Below are positions 1 through 9,695 of a stretch of DNA of 64,000 bases, piece after piece. Under the pieces are notes generated by a model. That model made no database searches, was not told the DNA's origin, and saw only the letters and a program-made list of their open reading frames with translations. Positions within the stretch are counted from its first letter, which is position 1. Every line of letters starts with the position of its first letter. Location: assembly GCA_022750455.1 (NCBI GenBank), contig JAKIVR010000003.1:4457-68456 (forward strand), given 5' to 3'. This stretch comes from Thermoplasmata archaeon (lineage in GTDB: Archaea; Thermoplasmatota; Thermoplasmata; Lutacidiplasmatales; UBA184). A program made the translations under genes and the position numbers.

Positions 1-2
1 CG

Positions 3-989
3 TTGGACGGCTCGCCACGCGGCATCGAGGCGTTCCTGCTCCAGTACGTCCGAGCGCACCCCGAATCCCGGTGGCAGGACATCGTCTCCGCCGCCTGCGG
101 GGGTCTGCGCGTCTCCCGATCCACCGTCGCGCGCCAGTTGAAGCGGCTGGTCCAGTTCGGCGACCTCGCTGTGCTTCCGAACGGGCGCTACAGTCCGCCC
201 GAGGCCCGGGAAGCGCGCTCCCCGATCCTGATCGAAACCCGGCTCTGGGAGTGGACGACCGTGGTCCACGGGGACGGCTCGGCGTGGGAGCACGAGACCC
301 GCGAGTTTCGGGTCTTGGCCGGGCGGGTCAGCCGGTACCGACTGAACTTCAACGGCCCGTTCCAGAACCTGCAGTGGTGGTTCTCCTCCCCGACGCAGCT
401 CCGCTGGCTCCCCGTCGGCTCGCAGGAGCCCCGGCTCCCCGTCGCCGAGTTCACGTTCGATCCCGCCTTGAGCGCGCGCGACGCCCGCTGGGAGCGGCTC
501 TCCCGGGGGAACGACGCGATCCACCGGTTCCGGATGTACCAAGGCGCGGTGACGCCGTTCAGCACCGACCGCTCCTCGGCGACCTCGCCGTACGAGTTCG
601 AGAGCGTCGGGCTCGAGGGGCTGCCGATCCCCGGGCGCAGCGGTCCTCCCGAGGCGACGCCGCTGCTCCGGGTCCATCTCGTCCTCCCCCAGGGATACCC
701 GTTCCATGGAGCGGACTTCATGGTCCACGCCGTCGGTGACGTGCGGCGCGTCGACGCCGAGGAGCAGGCCCGCATCGTCCACCTCGAGAAGAACTCCGGC
801 GGGCAGGACGGGTTCCTCGTCCATGGCTCGACGTTCACCCTCTCCATTCCAGCGCCGAAGCTCGACCGACAGTACGTCGTGCGCTGGGGACTCCCGACCC
901 GACCACAGTACGAGCGCTGGCTCGATTCGCTCCGCCTCCCCGCGCTCGACCCGCCGCGACCGAGCGCCCGCGGGCGCAGCGGAGCGTAG
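3..989 (+). CDS. hypothetical protein (5'-partial at window edge), N-terminal winged-helix-like segment
   Basis: ORF open from the window edge to the stop at 989. Balanced, protein-like composition. No catalytic motif recognised. Confidence 0.45.
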   Translation: MDGSPRGIEAFLLQYVRAHPESRWQDIVSAACGGLRVSRSTVARQLKRLVQFGDLAVLPNGRYSPPEAREARSPILIETRLWEWTTVVHGDGSAWEHETREFRVLAGRVSRYRLNFNGPFQNLQWWFSSPTQLRWLPVGSQEPRLPVAEFTFDPALSARDARWERLSRGNDAIHRFRMYQGAVTPFSTDRSSATSPYEFESVGLEGLPIPGRSGPPEATPLLRVHLVLPQGYPFHGADFMVHAVGDVRRVDAEEQARIVHLEKNSGGQDGFLVHGSTFTLSIPAPKLDRQYVVRWGLPTRPQYERWLDSLRLPALDPPRPSARGRSGA

Positions 990-1294
990 CTCTGGGGACG
1001 CTCGCCGCCAGCCCGGCATCGAACGAGCGGCGCGCGATCCGCCCGACGGAGGGGACGATCCACGTCGGGATCTTTCGGTCGGGAGCGGTATTTTACGTCG
1101 ATGGAAGTTCGGGCGCCAATCCGGCCCGGCCCCCTCCGAAGGGGCGCCGGAACTCGGGCCGGGACGTGTGGGCGAAACGGGGGACCGAGAGGTCTATATC
1201 CCTGCGTGTGTCCCCCCTGCCGAGCATCGATGTGGTCTCGGATTCCACGACACCTGGCATCGCCGGCTTGGACCTGAGGGAGGGACGGTAGAAC

Positions 1295-3412
1295 TTGCAG
1301 GTTGGGGCATGCGCGCATCACCGCGGCGTGGGACGGGCTAGCAGCGGGCAAGCTGGTCGTTGGCTCGGTGCCGGTTTCATCCTGTTCGTGCTGCTCATCT
1401 CCGCGCTCTCGGGGAACGGCAGCCGCGTGGTCGCCACCCCCACGCTCAACGTGGCGGCCCCCACCGGCGCCGGCACCCACGCGCTGAGCGCGGTCCACCC
1501 GGCCGCCTCGACCGACAATAACGAGTACTGCTCCAAGATCAATGCGACGATCTGCGTCGCGGTCTACAACGGTTCGCCGGATATCGTGCCGAACCCCGGG
1601 AACCTCGTCTCCTCCGTGATGCCGAACGCGACCGACTCTGTCAACCTCTGGATCAAGTCCCGCTTCCCCCTCACCTGGATCAACGCGGCGCTGAGCGGCG
1701 TCTACGCACCGATCCGCATCAACGTCAGTGGCGTTCTCTGGAACGGAAACCTCTGGATGAACCCGTACGACGGGACCGTCTGGCATGCGGACGGCGGGAG
1801 CGGTGGCGCCAGCAGCCAGCCGTACTACACGCCGGCCCCGCTCAACACGGTGAACAACAAGACCTACCCGTACTGGTACAGCGTCACCATCGCCAACCAC
1901 TCGGAGAACGGAGGCCCCAACTTCTTCGCCGGTGAGTTCGTGACCTGGTGGATCTACATCCTCTCCAACAACTCCTGCTCGACCCCGTCGTGCTACACGC
2001 ACACCCAGAGCCCGACGTTCCACTACCGGATCGCGGGAGCTTGGGCGTACTCTCCCTACGCCGGCGCCGGAGAGTACGGTGGGGCCGACGCCTGGGACCA
2101 GGACCTGTACGAGCACCAGACCCCGCTCGCGCCGAACTGGAACGATTCCGTGATCGTCTCCATCATGACGACCGAGGCCGATATCCTCAATCGCACGACG
2201 ATCGGGGCGGCGTGGTTGACCGTCGGGGCGATCACGCCCGCCGGCTTCGTCCTTCCGAATCTCACCCTCACCTTCCCCGTCACCCTCCAAGGTGGGTCGG
2301 TCGGCGCCGTCCAGACCACCGTCACGATCCCGAACGCGTACTCGGCCGTCCCTGGGACGATCGTCAGCTACTCGATCACCGCGTACGACTCGGCGAAGGG
2401 GGAGACGGACCAGATCGTCACCTCCGCGTTCACCTTCACTGTCGGAGGGAACGGCACGTTCCTCTCCGGACTCTTCGAGGACGACCTCTCGCTGGTGGCC
2501 ACCCCGTCGACCGCGATCGTCGATTGGAACGCCACGCCACGGGGGGGAGCGCCGCCGCCGAGCATCCCGGAAGGGACGAACGTCAGCTTGGTGCTCTCCA
2601 GCCTCGACACCTCGACGGCGATCCTGACCTCCGAGGTCCAGTACTCGTTCTCCTTCCCCGGTCTGACGGGCGCCTCCAGCGGGACCGTGCTGCTCAGCCG
2701 GATCAACTCGACGACGGAGCAGGGCCAGATCCCCGCGCTCCCCCTCGGGGCGTGGGTCAACTTCACCGTCTACGCCTGGGATTACGTGAACAACCTGGAG
2801 ATCTCCAAGACCTACACCTACTCCACGACGACGTTCGCGAACGCGGTGACGACCGTCGCGCCGAACCTGGCGTTCTTCAACGTCTACGTCTACGATAACG
2901 GGACCCACGAGTGGGTCACGGGAGCCCAGGTCACCGTGAGCGGCTCCAACGGGTTCATCGACTCGGTGTCGACGACGACGTACGGGGTCACCTATCCGAA
3001 CACCACCGGCCACCCGTACGTCCCGCTGCTGCTGCCGGCGAACGTGACGTACAACATCACGGTCCGGGACCCGAGCTTCCAGCCGGTCGGCGCGGTCGCG
3101 GGTAACCCGGTCTCCGTCTTCTTCCTCGCGGCCCCGGAGTCGGGGATCGCGAAGAACCCTTCAGGGACCGAAGCCCCCATCGCGGTCGCCTCGACCTACA
3201 CCGTGATCGAGTCGGGGCTCGGCATCTACTTCTGGCTGAACGCCACGCCGCCCGGGCCCGCGTACTCGCACCCCGCCCAACTGGACGGGTCGTTGGCGAT
3301 CGCACCGTTGGCGACACTGTTGGTGACCTGCCTCGCCGGGCTGGGGTTCCTGCTCTGGTGGCGGCAGATCCGGGCGAAACGCCGGGAACAGGAGAAACGG
3401 ATCACCCTATGA
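1295..3412 (+). CDS. bitopic cell-surface glycoprotein (N-terminal signal/TM anchor, C-terminal TM + basic tail)
   Basis: Hydrophobic N-terminus LGAGFILFVLLISALSG. About 20 N-x-S/T sequons. C-terminal helix LLVTCLAGLGFLLWW followed by the tail RQIRAKRREQEKRITL. Start codon uncertain (TTG 1295 or GTG 1328). Confidence 0.7.
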   Translation: MQVGACAHHRGVGRASSGQAGRWLGAGFILFVLLISALSGNGSRVVATPTLNVAAPTGAGTHALSAVHPAASTDNNEYCSKINATICVAVYNGSPDIVPNPGNLVSSVMPNATDSVNLWIKSRFPLTWINAALSGVYAPIRINVSGVLWNGNLWMNPYDGTVWHADGGSGGASSQPYYTPAPLNTVNNKTYPYWYSVTIANHSENGGPNFFAGEFVTWWIYILSNNSCSTPSCYTHTQSPTFHYRIAGAWAYSPYAGAGEYGGADAWDQDLYEHQTPLAPNWNDSVIVSIMTTEADILNRTTIGAAWLTVGAITPAGFVLPNLTLTFPVTLQGGSVGAVQTTVTIPNAYSAVPGTIVSYSITAYDSAKGETDQIVTSAFTFTVGGNGTFLSGLFEDDLSLVATPSTAIVDWNATPRGGAPPPSIPEGTNVSLVLSSLDTSTAILTSEVQYSFSFPGLTGASSGTVLLSRINSTTEQGQIPALPLGAWVNFTVYAWDYVNNLEISKTYTYSTTTFANAVTTVAPNLAFFNVYVYDNGTHEWVTGAQVTVSGSNGFIDSVSTTTYGVTYPNTTGHPYVPLLLPANVTYNITVRDPSFQPVGAVAGNPVSVFFLAAPESGIAKNPSGTEAPIAVASTYTVIESGLGIYFWLNATPPGPAYSHPAQLDGSLAIAPLATLLVTCLAGLGFLLWWRQIRAKRREQEKRITL

Positions 3413-5295
3413 GTCGAGCCGCCGTCTGGGCCGTCGTTCTGGTGGCCGGTTTCCTCCTCTCCGGACTCGTCACGGCGGTTTCGTACACGACCGAGAGCGC
3501 CCCGGTCTCCCACGCCGCCCCGATGCCGTTCAAGATCCTCACGCCGTCGGCCCCCGACTCCCGGGTGACCACCGCGTCCGGCTCGACGCCCCTCGTGTCG
3601 ACGCACGGCACTTGGACAACGTCTTCGTTCTTCAACAACATTCAAGTGACGGTCTCCGACCCGTACGTCGGTCCGTTCTCGCAGTTCGCCACGGTCCCGA
3701 CGATCAACACGATCCCGATGGCGGCGACCGGGTTCTGGCTGAACATCTCCACGGACATCCCGATTTTCACCGCGAACATCACCATCTGGGGCAACCAGTG
3801 GCCGGACCGGAACGTCTCCGAACCGATCTCCGGGTTCAACCCCTCGGCCCCGGCGACGTTCTCGATGCTGGTGAACCCGGCCCCCGCGAACAACACCGCC
3901 TCATTCTACTTCAACTGCCTCGAGTACTTCTGGCCCGGCTCCAGCCTCGGGTTCAACCTGAGCGTCACTGGGAACCCGTCGTACCATCCGAGCCCCTCAA
4001 CGTTGTGGTCGGCGGGACCTCCGGGGCAGGGAGCGGGTCAGTACGCGTCCGAGTGGCCGGCGGGGAGCGCCGACTATGCGACGTGGCTCGCCAACGTCCA
4101 GACCCCGTGGATCTCTCCCCAGTTCAACAGCTCGATCATCGTCTCGACCTCCCCGTCGGTCCTGACGAGCCCGGCGTACGAGCCGAACTCGGTGCAGACG
4201 CTGCAGATCTACCTCACGCCGGTCCAACTTCCGGGATTCCCGACCGCGACGATCCCCGCGGCCCAGATCAACTACACCGTGGTGCAAGGGGTCAAGCACG
4301 ACGTCTACATCGTCGACTTCATCCCCCCGAACGGGACGCTCGCCTACCTCCCGGCGCCGATCGGACCGTTCCCGAACTCCACGATCTTCTTCAACGTCAC
4401 CGCGTGGCTTCCGTGGAACGGGGGCTCCGGCGAGGTCGATCCGATCTACAGCCCGATCTACGAGTTCAAGTGGTCCCCGAACGGCGGCTGGGTCTTCCCG
4501 GACCAGCCCCTCCTGAACAACGTCGCCATGTACTGCAATCCGGACATCCTCTCGGCTCCGAACACGGTCATCCCGGCGGGACAGCCCGTGACGTGCAACA
4601 TCAATGAGCCGACGCCCAACGTCACGATGAGCCTCTCCCAGATCAACTACGTCTTCACCGATGGCGTCGGTCGGCACTCGGGCACGCTCCCGATGACCCT
4701 CAGCTCGGCGAACAACGCCTCGTCGGTCACGATCCCCGGGCTGCCCCCGGATACGACCCTGACGTTCTTCGTGGAAGCGAAGGATTTCATGGGGAACCCC
4801 GTCTTCTCCCAGAACTTCACCTACCGCACCTCCACCTCCCCCCCGGCCACTCTCCCGGGAGGTCGGGGCCTCTTCTTCTTCGAAGGGCTCGACATCTCCG
4901 GGACCGGGCTGATCCCGAACCTCCAGTTCACGATCTCCAACGCGACGTGGAGCGAGAGCCGCAACGGCAGCTCCCTCGGCTTCGGCTTCCCGCTCATCCC
5001 GGGCAGTGAGACGCTGTTGCTCCCGCTCGGGGCCGGCGCCTATCTGCTGACCGTGACGGCGTTCGGCCAGACCCAGACGGCGACGGTGAACGTCGCACCG
5101 GGGAATCCGTTCACGGTCCTCTTCTACTTCGCCTCGCAGCCGATCGCCCCGACCGGCGAGTCCAATCTACCCGTGATGACCGTCGCGAGCGGGGGCGGAT
5201 TGATCTTCGCCGCCGTAGCGGCCGGAGTCACCGTGCCCTGGTTCAGCGATCGCCGCGCCAAGGCGCTCGCGGAGCAGCGGCGAGTCACGCTGTAA
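3409..5295 (+). CDS. bitopic cell-surface glycoprotein, paralog of the upstream gene
   Basis: ATGA overlap with the upstream stop. N-terminal helix VWAVVLVAGFLLSGLV. Many N-x-S/T sequons. C-terminal TM plus tail FSDRRAKALAEQRRVTL, the same tail motif as the upstream gene. Confidence 0.7.
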   Translation: MSRAAVWAVVLVAGFLLSGLVTAVSYTTESAPVSHAAPMPFKILTPSAPDSRVTTASGSTPLVSTHGTWTTSSFFNNIQVTVSDPYVGPFSQFATVPTINTIPMAATGFWLNISTDIPIFTANITIWGNQWPDRNVSEPISGFNPSAPATFSMLVNPAPANNTASFYFNCLEYFWPGSSLGFNLSVTGNPSYHPSPSTLWSAGPPGQGAGQYASEWPAGSADYATWLANVQTPWISPQFNSSIIVSTSPSVLTSPAYEPNSVQTLQIYLTPVQLPGFPTATIPAAQINYTVVQGVKHDVYIVDFIPPNGTLAYLPAPIGPFPNSTIFFNVTAWLPWNGGSGEVDPIYSPIYEFKWSPNGGWVFPDQPLLNNVAMYCNPDILSAPNTVIPAGQPVTCNINEPTPNVTMSLSQINYVFTDGVGRHSGTLPMTLSSANNASSVTIPGLPPDTTLTFFVEAKDFMGNPVFSQNFTYRTSTSPPATLPGGRGLFFFEGLDISGTGLIPNLQFTISNATWSESRNGSSLGFGFPLIPGSETLLLPLGAGAYLLTVTAFGQTQTATVNVAPGNPFTVLFYFASQPIAPTGESNLPVMTVASGGGLIFAAVAAGVTVPWFSDRRAKALAEQRRVTL

Positions 5296-5313
5296 GGAAA
5301 GAGGAGCCAAACG

Positions 5314-8300
5314 ATGAGTGGAGACCCTAACGAACCGACAACGCCGGCCCCCCGTCGAACGATCACTGGCACCGCGGCCCCCGCGGCCGCTGTGCCCGCA
5401 GGCGCCGCGGCTCCCACTCCCGCCCCTGTGGCTCCGGCGACACCCGCTCCCGCGCCAGCGCCGGCCAAACCCGCGACACCGTCGTTGCCCCGGCCTCCGG
5501 TGAAGGCCGGAACTCCGGCAACGCCGGGTCTTCCGGCCAAGCCCCGCCCCGCGGCGGCTCCCGCCGGGGTCAAGCCGAAGGGAACTTCGGCTCCGCTCGC
5601 CACCCAGCCGCGCCGCCCGACGACGCCCGCCCGTCCGCGGGGCGCGTCGCCGCCGGCCCGTCGCCCTCCCCAGGGCGGCATGTCGCTCGGAGGATTCGTC
5701 CCGCCCCGCGGCACCATGGGACACCGGACCGGTCTCGTCCTGCTCGTCGCCGGGATCATCCTGCTCGGCTCGGGGGTCGGACTGTACTTCACCTTCTACC
5801 CGGTCATCGCCAACACCCAGACCGCCGCCGGGTTCCTCTCGACCTCGAACGCGCAGCTGTTCACCAACGACCCGGGCGTGAAGGCCGTCCACCTGACCAG
5901 CTCGAGTGAGAAGGTCGGGGCCTCGGTCTACATCCTCGATACGGTAAGCTCCGTCCAGTACAACGCCTCGGCCGGCGTCACCTTACTGACATTCCAATCG
6001 ATCTCGAACGAACCGACGAACGAACGGGCGACGCAGTCGTCGTTGGCCCAGCTGCTGTTCGGAACGTTCTCCGGTTCGATCTCATGGCTCAAATCCGGCG
6101 AGCAGATCCTGATGACGTTCACGATCGTCCAGGCCCAGCTCCCCGGCGGGGTCTACACCTCCCAGCCGTACCTCACTCTCGATGCGGCGGCCGACGCCAC
6201 GCACGCCTCGCTCTCCCCGGGCGGACCGACGGGGCTCGCGTCCCCGGCGATCGGGCAGCAGTACATCCAGCCCGGCTTCAACGTCGACTATCAAGGTCTC
6301 TTCATCTTCCTCGCCATCGTCGGCGGCCTGATCGTCCTCGGCGAGCTGTTCTTCGCGGGCGGCCTCGAGCGGTGGATTCGTAGTCAGACGAAGGACCCCC
6401 AGAACCTCGTCGTCGGCCTGATGGGCGCCATGACGGCGTTCGCGGGCTTCTTCATGCCGTTCTATCCGTGGCCGTACGTCCTCTTGTTCGTCGCCGGCAT
6501 CATGGCCGTCGCGTGGAAGTTCCCCCAGCTCTCCCTCGTGATGTTGTGTCTGATCGTCGTGCCGGAAGTGGCGTACCAGAGCGGCGCGCTCGGCCTCATC
6601 TTCCTGGTCGCGCTCATCCCGATCCTGTACGCGGGGCTCGTGGACTGGAGGTTCGGCTTCGGCGCCCTCCTCACCCTGTTCCTCGCACCGGTCGGACTGT
6701 CGTTCGCCGTGCCGATCTTCATGGCGCTGATCTTCTCCTTGTATCTCGGCCTCGCGGTCGCGGTCGCGGGCGGACTGCTCATCACGATCTTCGTCACGCT
6801 CGGGAACCTCCCGATGTTCGGGTACCTGGTGGGACCGGGCGCCTCGTCGAACCCGTCCCTGGTGGCCGGGCATTCGGCGGCGTTACTCCCGGCGCTCCCG
6901 TGGACGTTCTTCTCGCTCGGCTCCGTCGGGGCCGCCTACAGCAATCTCTTCAGCCCGAACTTCACGGTCCTGGCGGCCGGCTGGGGTGGGCTCGGATCCA
7001 TCGCGATCCCGCTGGCGGAGATTGGCTCGTGGTGCTTCGCGGCTTGGCTGATCGCGACGCAGCTCCACGACCGCGAGAAGCAGTCCCAGGAGAACCTGCT
7101 GCGGACCTCGTTCGCAGGCGGAGCGGTCGTCGCGGCCGTCGCCCTCGTCGGCTTCGCCTCGTTCAACTACATCCAGTGGCCGATGCTCGTCGTGCTCCTC
7201 TTCCTGCCCGCGATGGTCGCGGTCGCGGCCGGAGCTCTCGTCGTGCGCGACACGTTCGAGGCGTACTTCACGAGCCGCATGGGAGCGACCAGCGTCGGAA
7301 CACGCGTCGCCGAGATGAAAGGCCTCCAGAAGGTCACGTTCGAGATGGTCGGGGGTCTCCACGATGTCAAGGCCGACATCAAGGAGTCGATGATCATCCC
7401 GCTGATGCGGAAGGATATCACCACCCGGTTCCGACTGGAGCCGCCGAAGGGGTTGCTGCTGTTCGGACCGCCCGGGTGCGGCAAGACGATGCTCATGAAG
7501 GCGCTCGCGAGCGAGCTCGGGGTCGAGATGATCTCGATCAAGTGCTCGGACGTCATGAGCAAATGGTACGGCGAGTCGGAGAACAAGATCGCGGACCTCT
7601 TGCGCACCGCGCGCGAGCGAGCGCCGTGCATCCTGTTCATGGATGAAATCGACTCGATCGCCAAGCGCCGGGACATGTACACGGCGGACGATGTGACGCC
7701 GCGCCTTCTCTCGATCCTACTCTCGGAGATGGACGGGATCGAGAAGTCCGCGGGAGTCATCGTCGTCGGGTCCACGAACAAGCCCGACCTGATCGACCCG
7801 GCGCTGATGCGTCCGGGCCGTCTCGACAAGATCATCTACGTCCCGCCGCCCGACTTCAATGAGCGGATGGAGGTCGTCCACGTGCACATGCAGGGACGGC
7901 CGGTCTCGGGCGAGATCGACCTCGCTGAGATCGCGAAGAAGACCGAGCGGTTCTCCGGAGCCGACCTGGCGAACCTGGTGCGGGAAGCCGCCACCATCGC
8001 CGTCCGGCGCGAGATGATGAAGCAGGACGCGAGCGGCTCCATGACCATGGAGGACTTCCAGCAGGTCATTGGCCGGATCAAGCCGTCGATCTCGCTGCGG
8101 ATGCTCACCGACTACGAGACGATGAAGATGGACTATGAGCGCAAGATGCACCAGGTCCAGCGGATGGAACGCAAGGTCGTCGTCCACTGGGACGACGTCG
8201 GCGGTCTCACCGACATCAAGTCGGCGATCCGGGAGTACGTCGAGCTCCCGCTCACTCGCCCGGAGCTGATGGAGAGCTACAAGATCAAGACCGGTCGGGG

Positions 8301-9126
8301 CATCCTGCTCTTCGGACCCCCGGGATGCGGCAAGACGCACATCATGCGCGCGGCGGCGAACGAGCTGAACGTGCCGATGCAGATCGTCAACGGCCCCGAG
8401 CTCGTAAGCGCCCTCGCGGGACAGTCGGAAGCGGCCGTCCGGGACGTGCTGTACCGGGCCCGGGAGAACGCGCCGAGCATCGTCTTCTTCGATGAGATCG
8501 ATGCGTTGGCGTCGAAGGACTCGATGCGCACGCCCGAGGTGTCGCGCGCCGTGAGCCAGTTCCTGACGGAGATGGACGGCCTTCGCCCGAAGGACAAGGT
8601 CATCATCATCGCCACCACGAACCGTCCGCAGACCCTCGATCCGGCGCTGCTCCGTCCGGGCCGGTTCGACAAGATCTTCTACGTGCCGCCGCCCGACCTC
8701 GCGGCCCGCCAGGACATCTTCCGGATCCACCTGAAGGGAGTCCCGGTGGATGGCGCGGTCGATTTCGGCGTGCTCGCGCAGAACTCCGAAGGGTACTCGG
8801 GCGCGGACATCGCAGGTGCCGTCGACGAGGCGAAGCTGATCGCGTTGCGCTCGCAGCTGGTCCTCGAGACCGGCGCGCCGACCCCGGTCGGGGGACCCGC
8901 CGGTGGTCTCTTCGCGGCCGGCACCGCACGCGCCAGCCAACCGCAGCACGTCTTCGGCATGGGAGATCCGACCGGTCTGAACCAGGCCGCGGCCCCCGAG
9001 GCGGACGTCGCGGGGGTGCGCATGCAGGACCTGACCGCCGCGATCGCCAAGCAGAAGCCGAGCATCACGCCCGAAACGCTCGCGTGGGCCCAGGAGTTCA
9101 TCAAGTCGTATGGAACCCGGGGATGA
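5314..9126 (+). CDS. polytopic membrane protein fused to tandem AAA+ ATPase domains (Cdc48/VAT-type D1-D2)
   Basis: SD-like AGAGGAG 7 nt upstream of the ATG. Pro/Ala-rich N-terminal ~125 aa. About 10 hydrophobic helices between aa ~135 and 650. Two Walker A GPPGCGKT (nt ~7465-7488 and ~8314-8337). Walker B ILFMDEID / IVFFDEID. SRH-like GSTNKPDLIDPALMRPGRLDKIIYVPPPD / ATTNRPQTLDPALLRPGRFDKIFYVPPPD. Confidence 0.85.
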   Translation: MSGDPNEPTTPAPRRTITGTAAPAAAVPAGAAAPTPAPVAPATPAPAPAPAKPATPSLPRPPVKAGTPATPGLPAKPRPAAAPAGVKPKGTSAPLATQPRRPTTPARPRGASPPARRPPQGGMSLGGFVPPRGTMGHRTGLVLLVAGIILLGSGVGLYFTFYPVIANTQTAAGFLSTSNAQLFTNDPGVKAVHLTSSSEKVGASVYILDTVSSVQYNASAGVTLLTFQSISNEPTNERATQSSLAQLLFGTFSGSISWLKSGEQILMTFTIVQAQLPGGVYTSQPYLTLDAAADATHASLSPGGPTGLASPAIGQQYIQPGFNVDYQGLFIFLAIVGGLIVLGELFFAGGLERWIRSQTKDPQNLVVGLMGAMTAFAGFFMPFYPWPYVLLFVAGIMAVAWKFPQLSLVMLCLIVVPEVAYQSGALGLIFLVALIPILYAGLVDWRFGFGALLTLFLAPVGLSFAVPIFMALIFSLYLGLAVAVAGGLLITIFVTLGNLPMFGYLVGPGASSNPSLVAGHSAALLPALPWTFFSLGSVGAAYSNLFSPNFTVLAAGWGGLGSIAIPLAEIGSWCFAAWLIATQLHDREKQSQENLLRTSFAGGAVVAAVALVGFASFNYIQWPMLVVLLFLPAMVAVAAGALVVRDTFEAYFTSRMGATSVGTRVAEMKGLQKVTFEMVGGLHDVKADIKESMIIPLMRKDITTRFRLEPPKGLLLFGPPGCGKTMLMKALASELGVEMISIKCSDVMSKWYGESENKIADLLRTARERAPCILFMDEIDSIAKRRDMYTADDVTPRLLSILLSEMDGIEKSAGVIVVGSTNKPDLIDPALMRPGRLDKIIYVPPPDFNERMEVVHVHMQGRPVSGEIDLAEIAKKTERFSGADLANLVREAATIAVRREMMKQDASGSMTMEDFQQVIGRIKPSISLRMLTDYETMKMDYERKMHQVQRMERKVVVHWDDVGGLTDIKSAIREYVELPLTRPELMESYKIKTGRGILLFGPPGCGKTHIMRAAANELNVPMQIVNGPELVSALAGQSEAAVRDVLYRARENAPSIVFFDEIDALASKDSMRTPEVSRAVSQFLTEMDGLRPKDKVIIIATTNRPQTLDPALLRPGRFDKIFYVPPPDLAARQDIFRIHLKGVPVDGAVDFGVLAQNSEGYSGADIAGAVDEAKLIALRSQLVLETGAPTPVGGPAGGLFAAGTARASQPQHVFGMGDPTGLNQAAAPEADVAGVRMQDLTAAIAKQKPSITPETLAWAQEFIKSYGTRG

Positions 9127-9508
9127 GCTCGTCCGACCGACAGAGGGCGGGCGCCCCCGCCCATCGGACCGGCCGTCGCGGGACAAGATCTCCTCCGTCG
9201 GCCTCCCTCCTCGAGTCGACCCGGACGACCTCCCCGTCCCCCGGACGGAAGACCCGGCGTTCTGGCTGGCGGTCCTCATCGGGGCCGCGACGGTGTTCGC
9301 GGTCGGCGTCTACATGCCGTTCCGGTACGGGTACCCGTGGGAGTACCTCGCGTTCCCGTTCACCATCGCGGGCGGCGCGGTCGGCTCGATCGCCATCTCC
9401 CGCTGGCAGCTGCTCCGGCGCAGCCGCGCCCAGGAAGGCCGGGAGGAGCGGCTCGCCCAGCTCCCGAGCTTCGAGGTGTACACCCCCCCGAAGCCTCCCT
9501 CCTCCTGA
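9110..9508 (+). CDS. small membrane protein (2 predicted TM helices)
   Basis: Overlaps the stop of the AAA gene by 17 nt. Helices AFWLAVLIGAATVFAVGV and LAFPFTIAGGAVGSIAI. The N-terminal 50 aa are Pro/Arg-rich, so the true start may lie downstream. Confidence 0.4.
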   Translation: MEPGDELVRPTEGGRPRPSDRPSRDKISSVGLPPRVDPDDLPVPRTEDPAFWLAVLIGAATVFAVGVYMPFRYGYPWEYLAFPFTIAGGAVGSIAISRWQLLRRSRAQEGREERLAQLPSFEVYTPPKPPSS

Positions 9509-9695
9509 CGCCGTACCGGGGTCTCGCGACGAGGTGAGACTTGTGTCAAAAACTAGTGTTAAAGAGGGGTGCGCCTCTCTCCCCCCCCGATATGCGCCGG
9601 ACGGAGAGGGGCTCGTCCGCGCCCTCGGCAGTTTCGAGCGGGAGCTCGGAGCGCGCCGAACGGCCCCGATCCACCGGACGAACGGAACGTAATCG

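Noticed and set aside
188-3013. Very long minus-strand ORFs in the six-frame track: 188-3013, 9546-11351, 11952-13574, 13625-16471, 16547-19150, 22463-25891, 27566-29767, 43615-45663. Also the plus-strand 39899-42709, 31050-32465 and 32123-34483.
   Set aside because: They lie antisense or out of frame to genes with clear conserved motifs. Their translations are dominated by Arg/Gly/Asp/Pro/Glu runs, typical of open frames arising by chance in high-GC DNA. No motifs were recognised.
5314-9126. Possibility that the membrane-AAA protein is two genes (membrane protein + soluble VAT) or contains an intein.
   Set aside because: A single uninterrupted frame joins the last TM helix to the D1 Walker A, with no internal stop or plausible restart. 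The domain lengths match intein-free AAA modules. Resequencing is still recommended.
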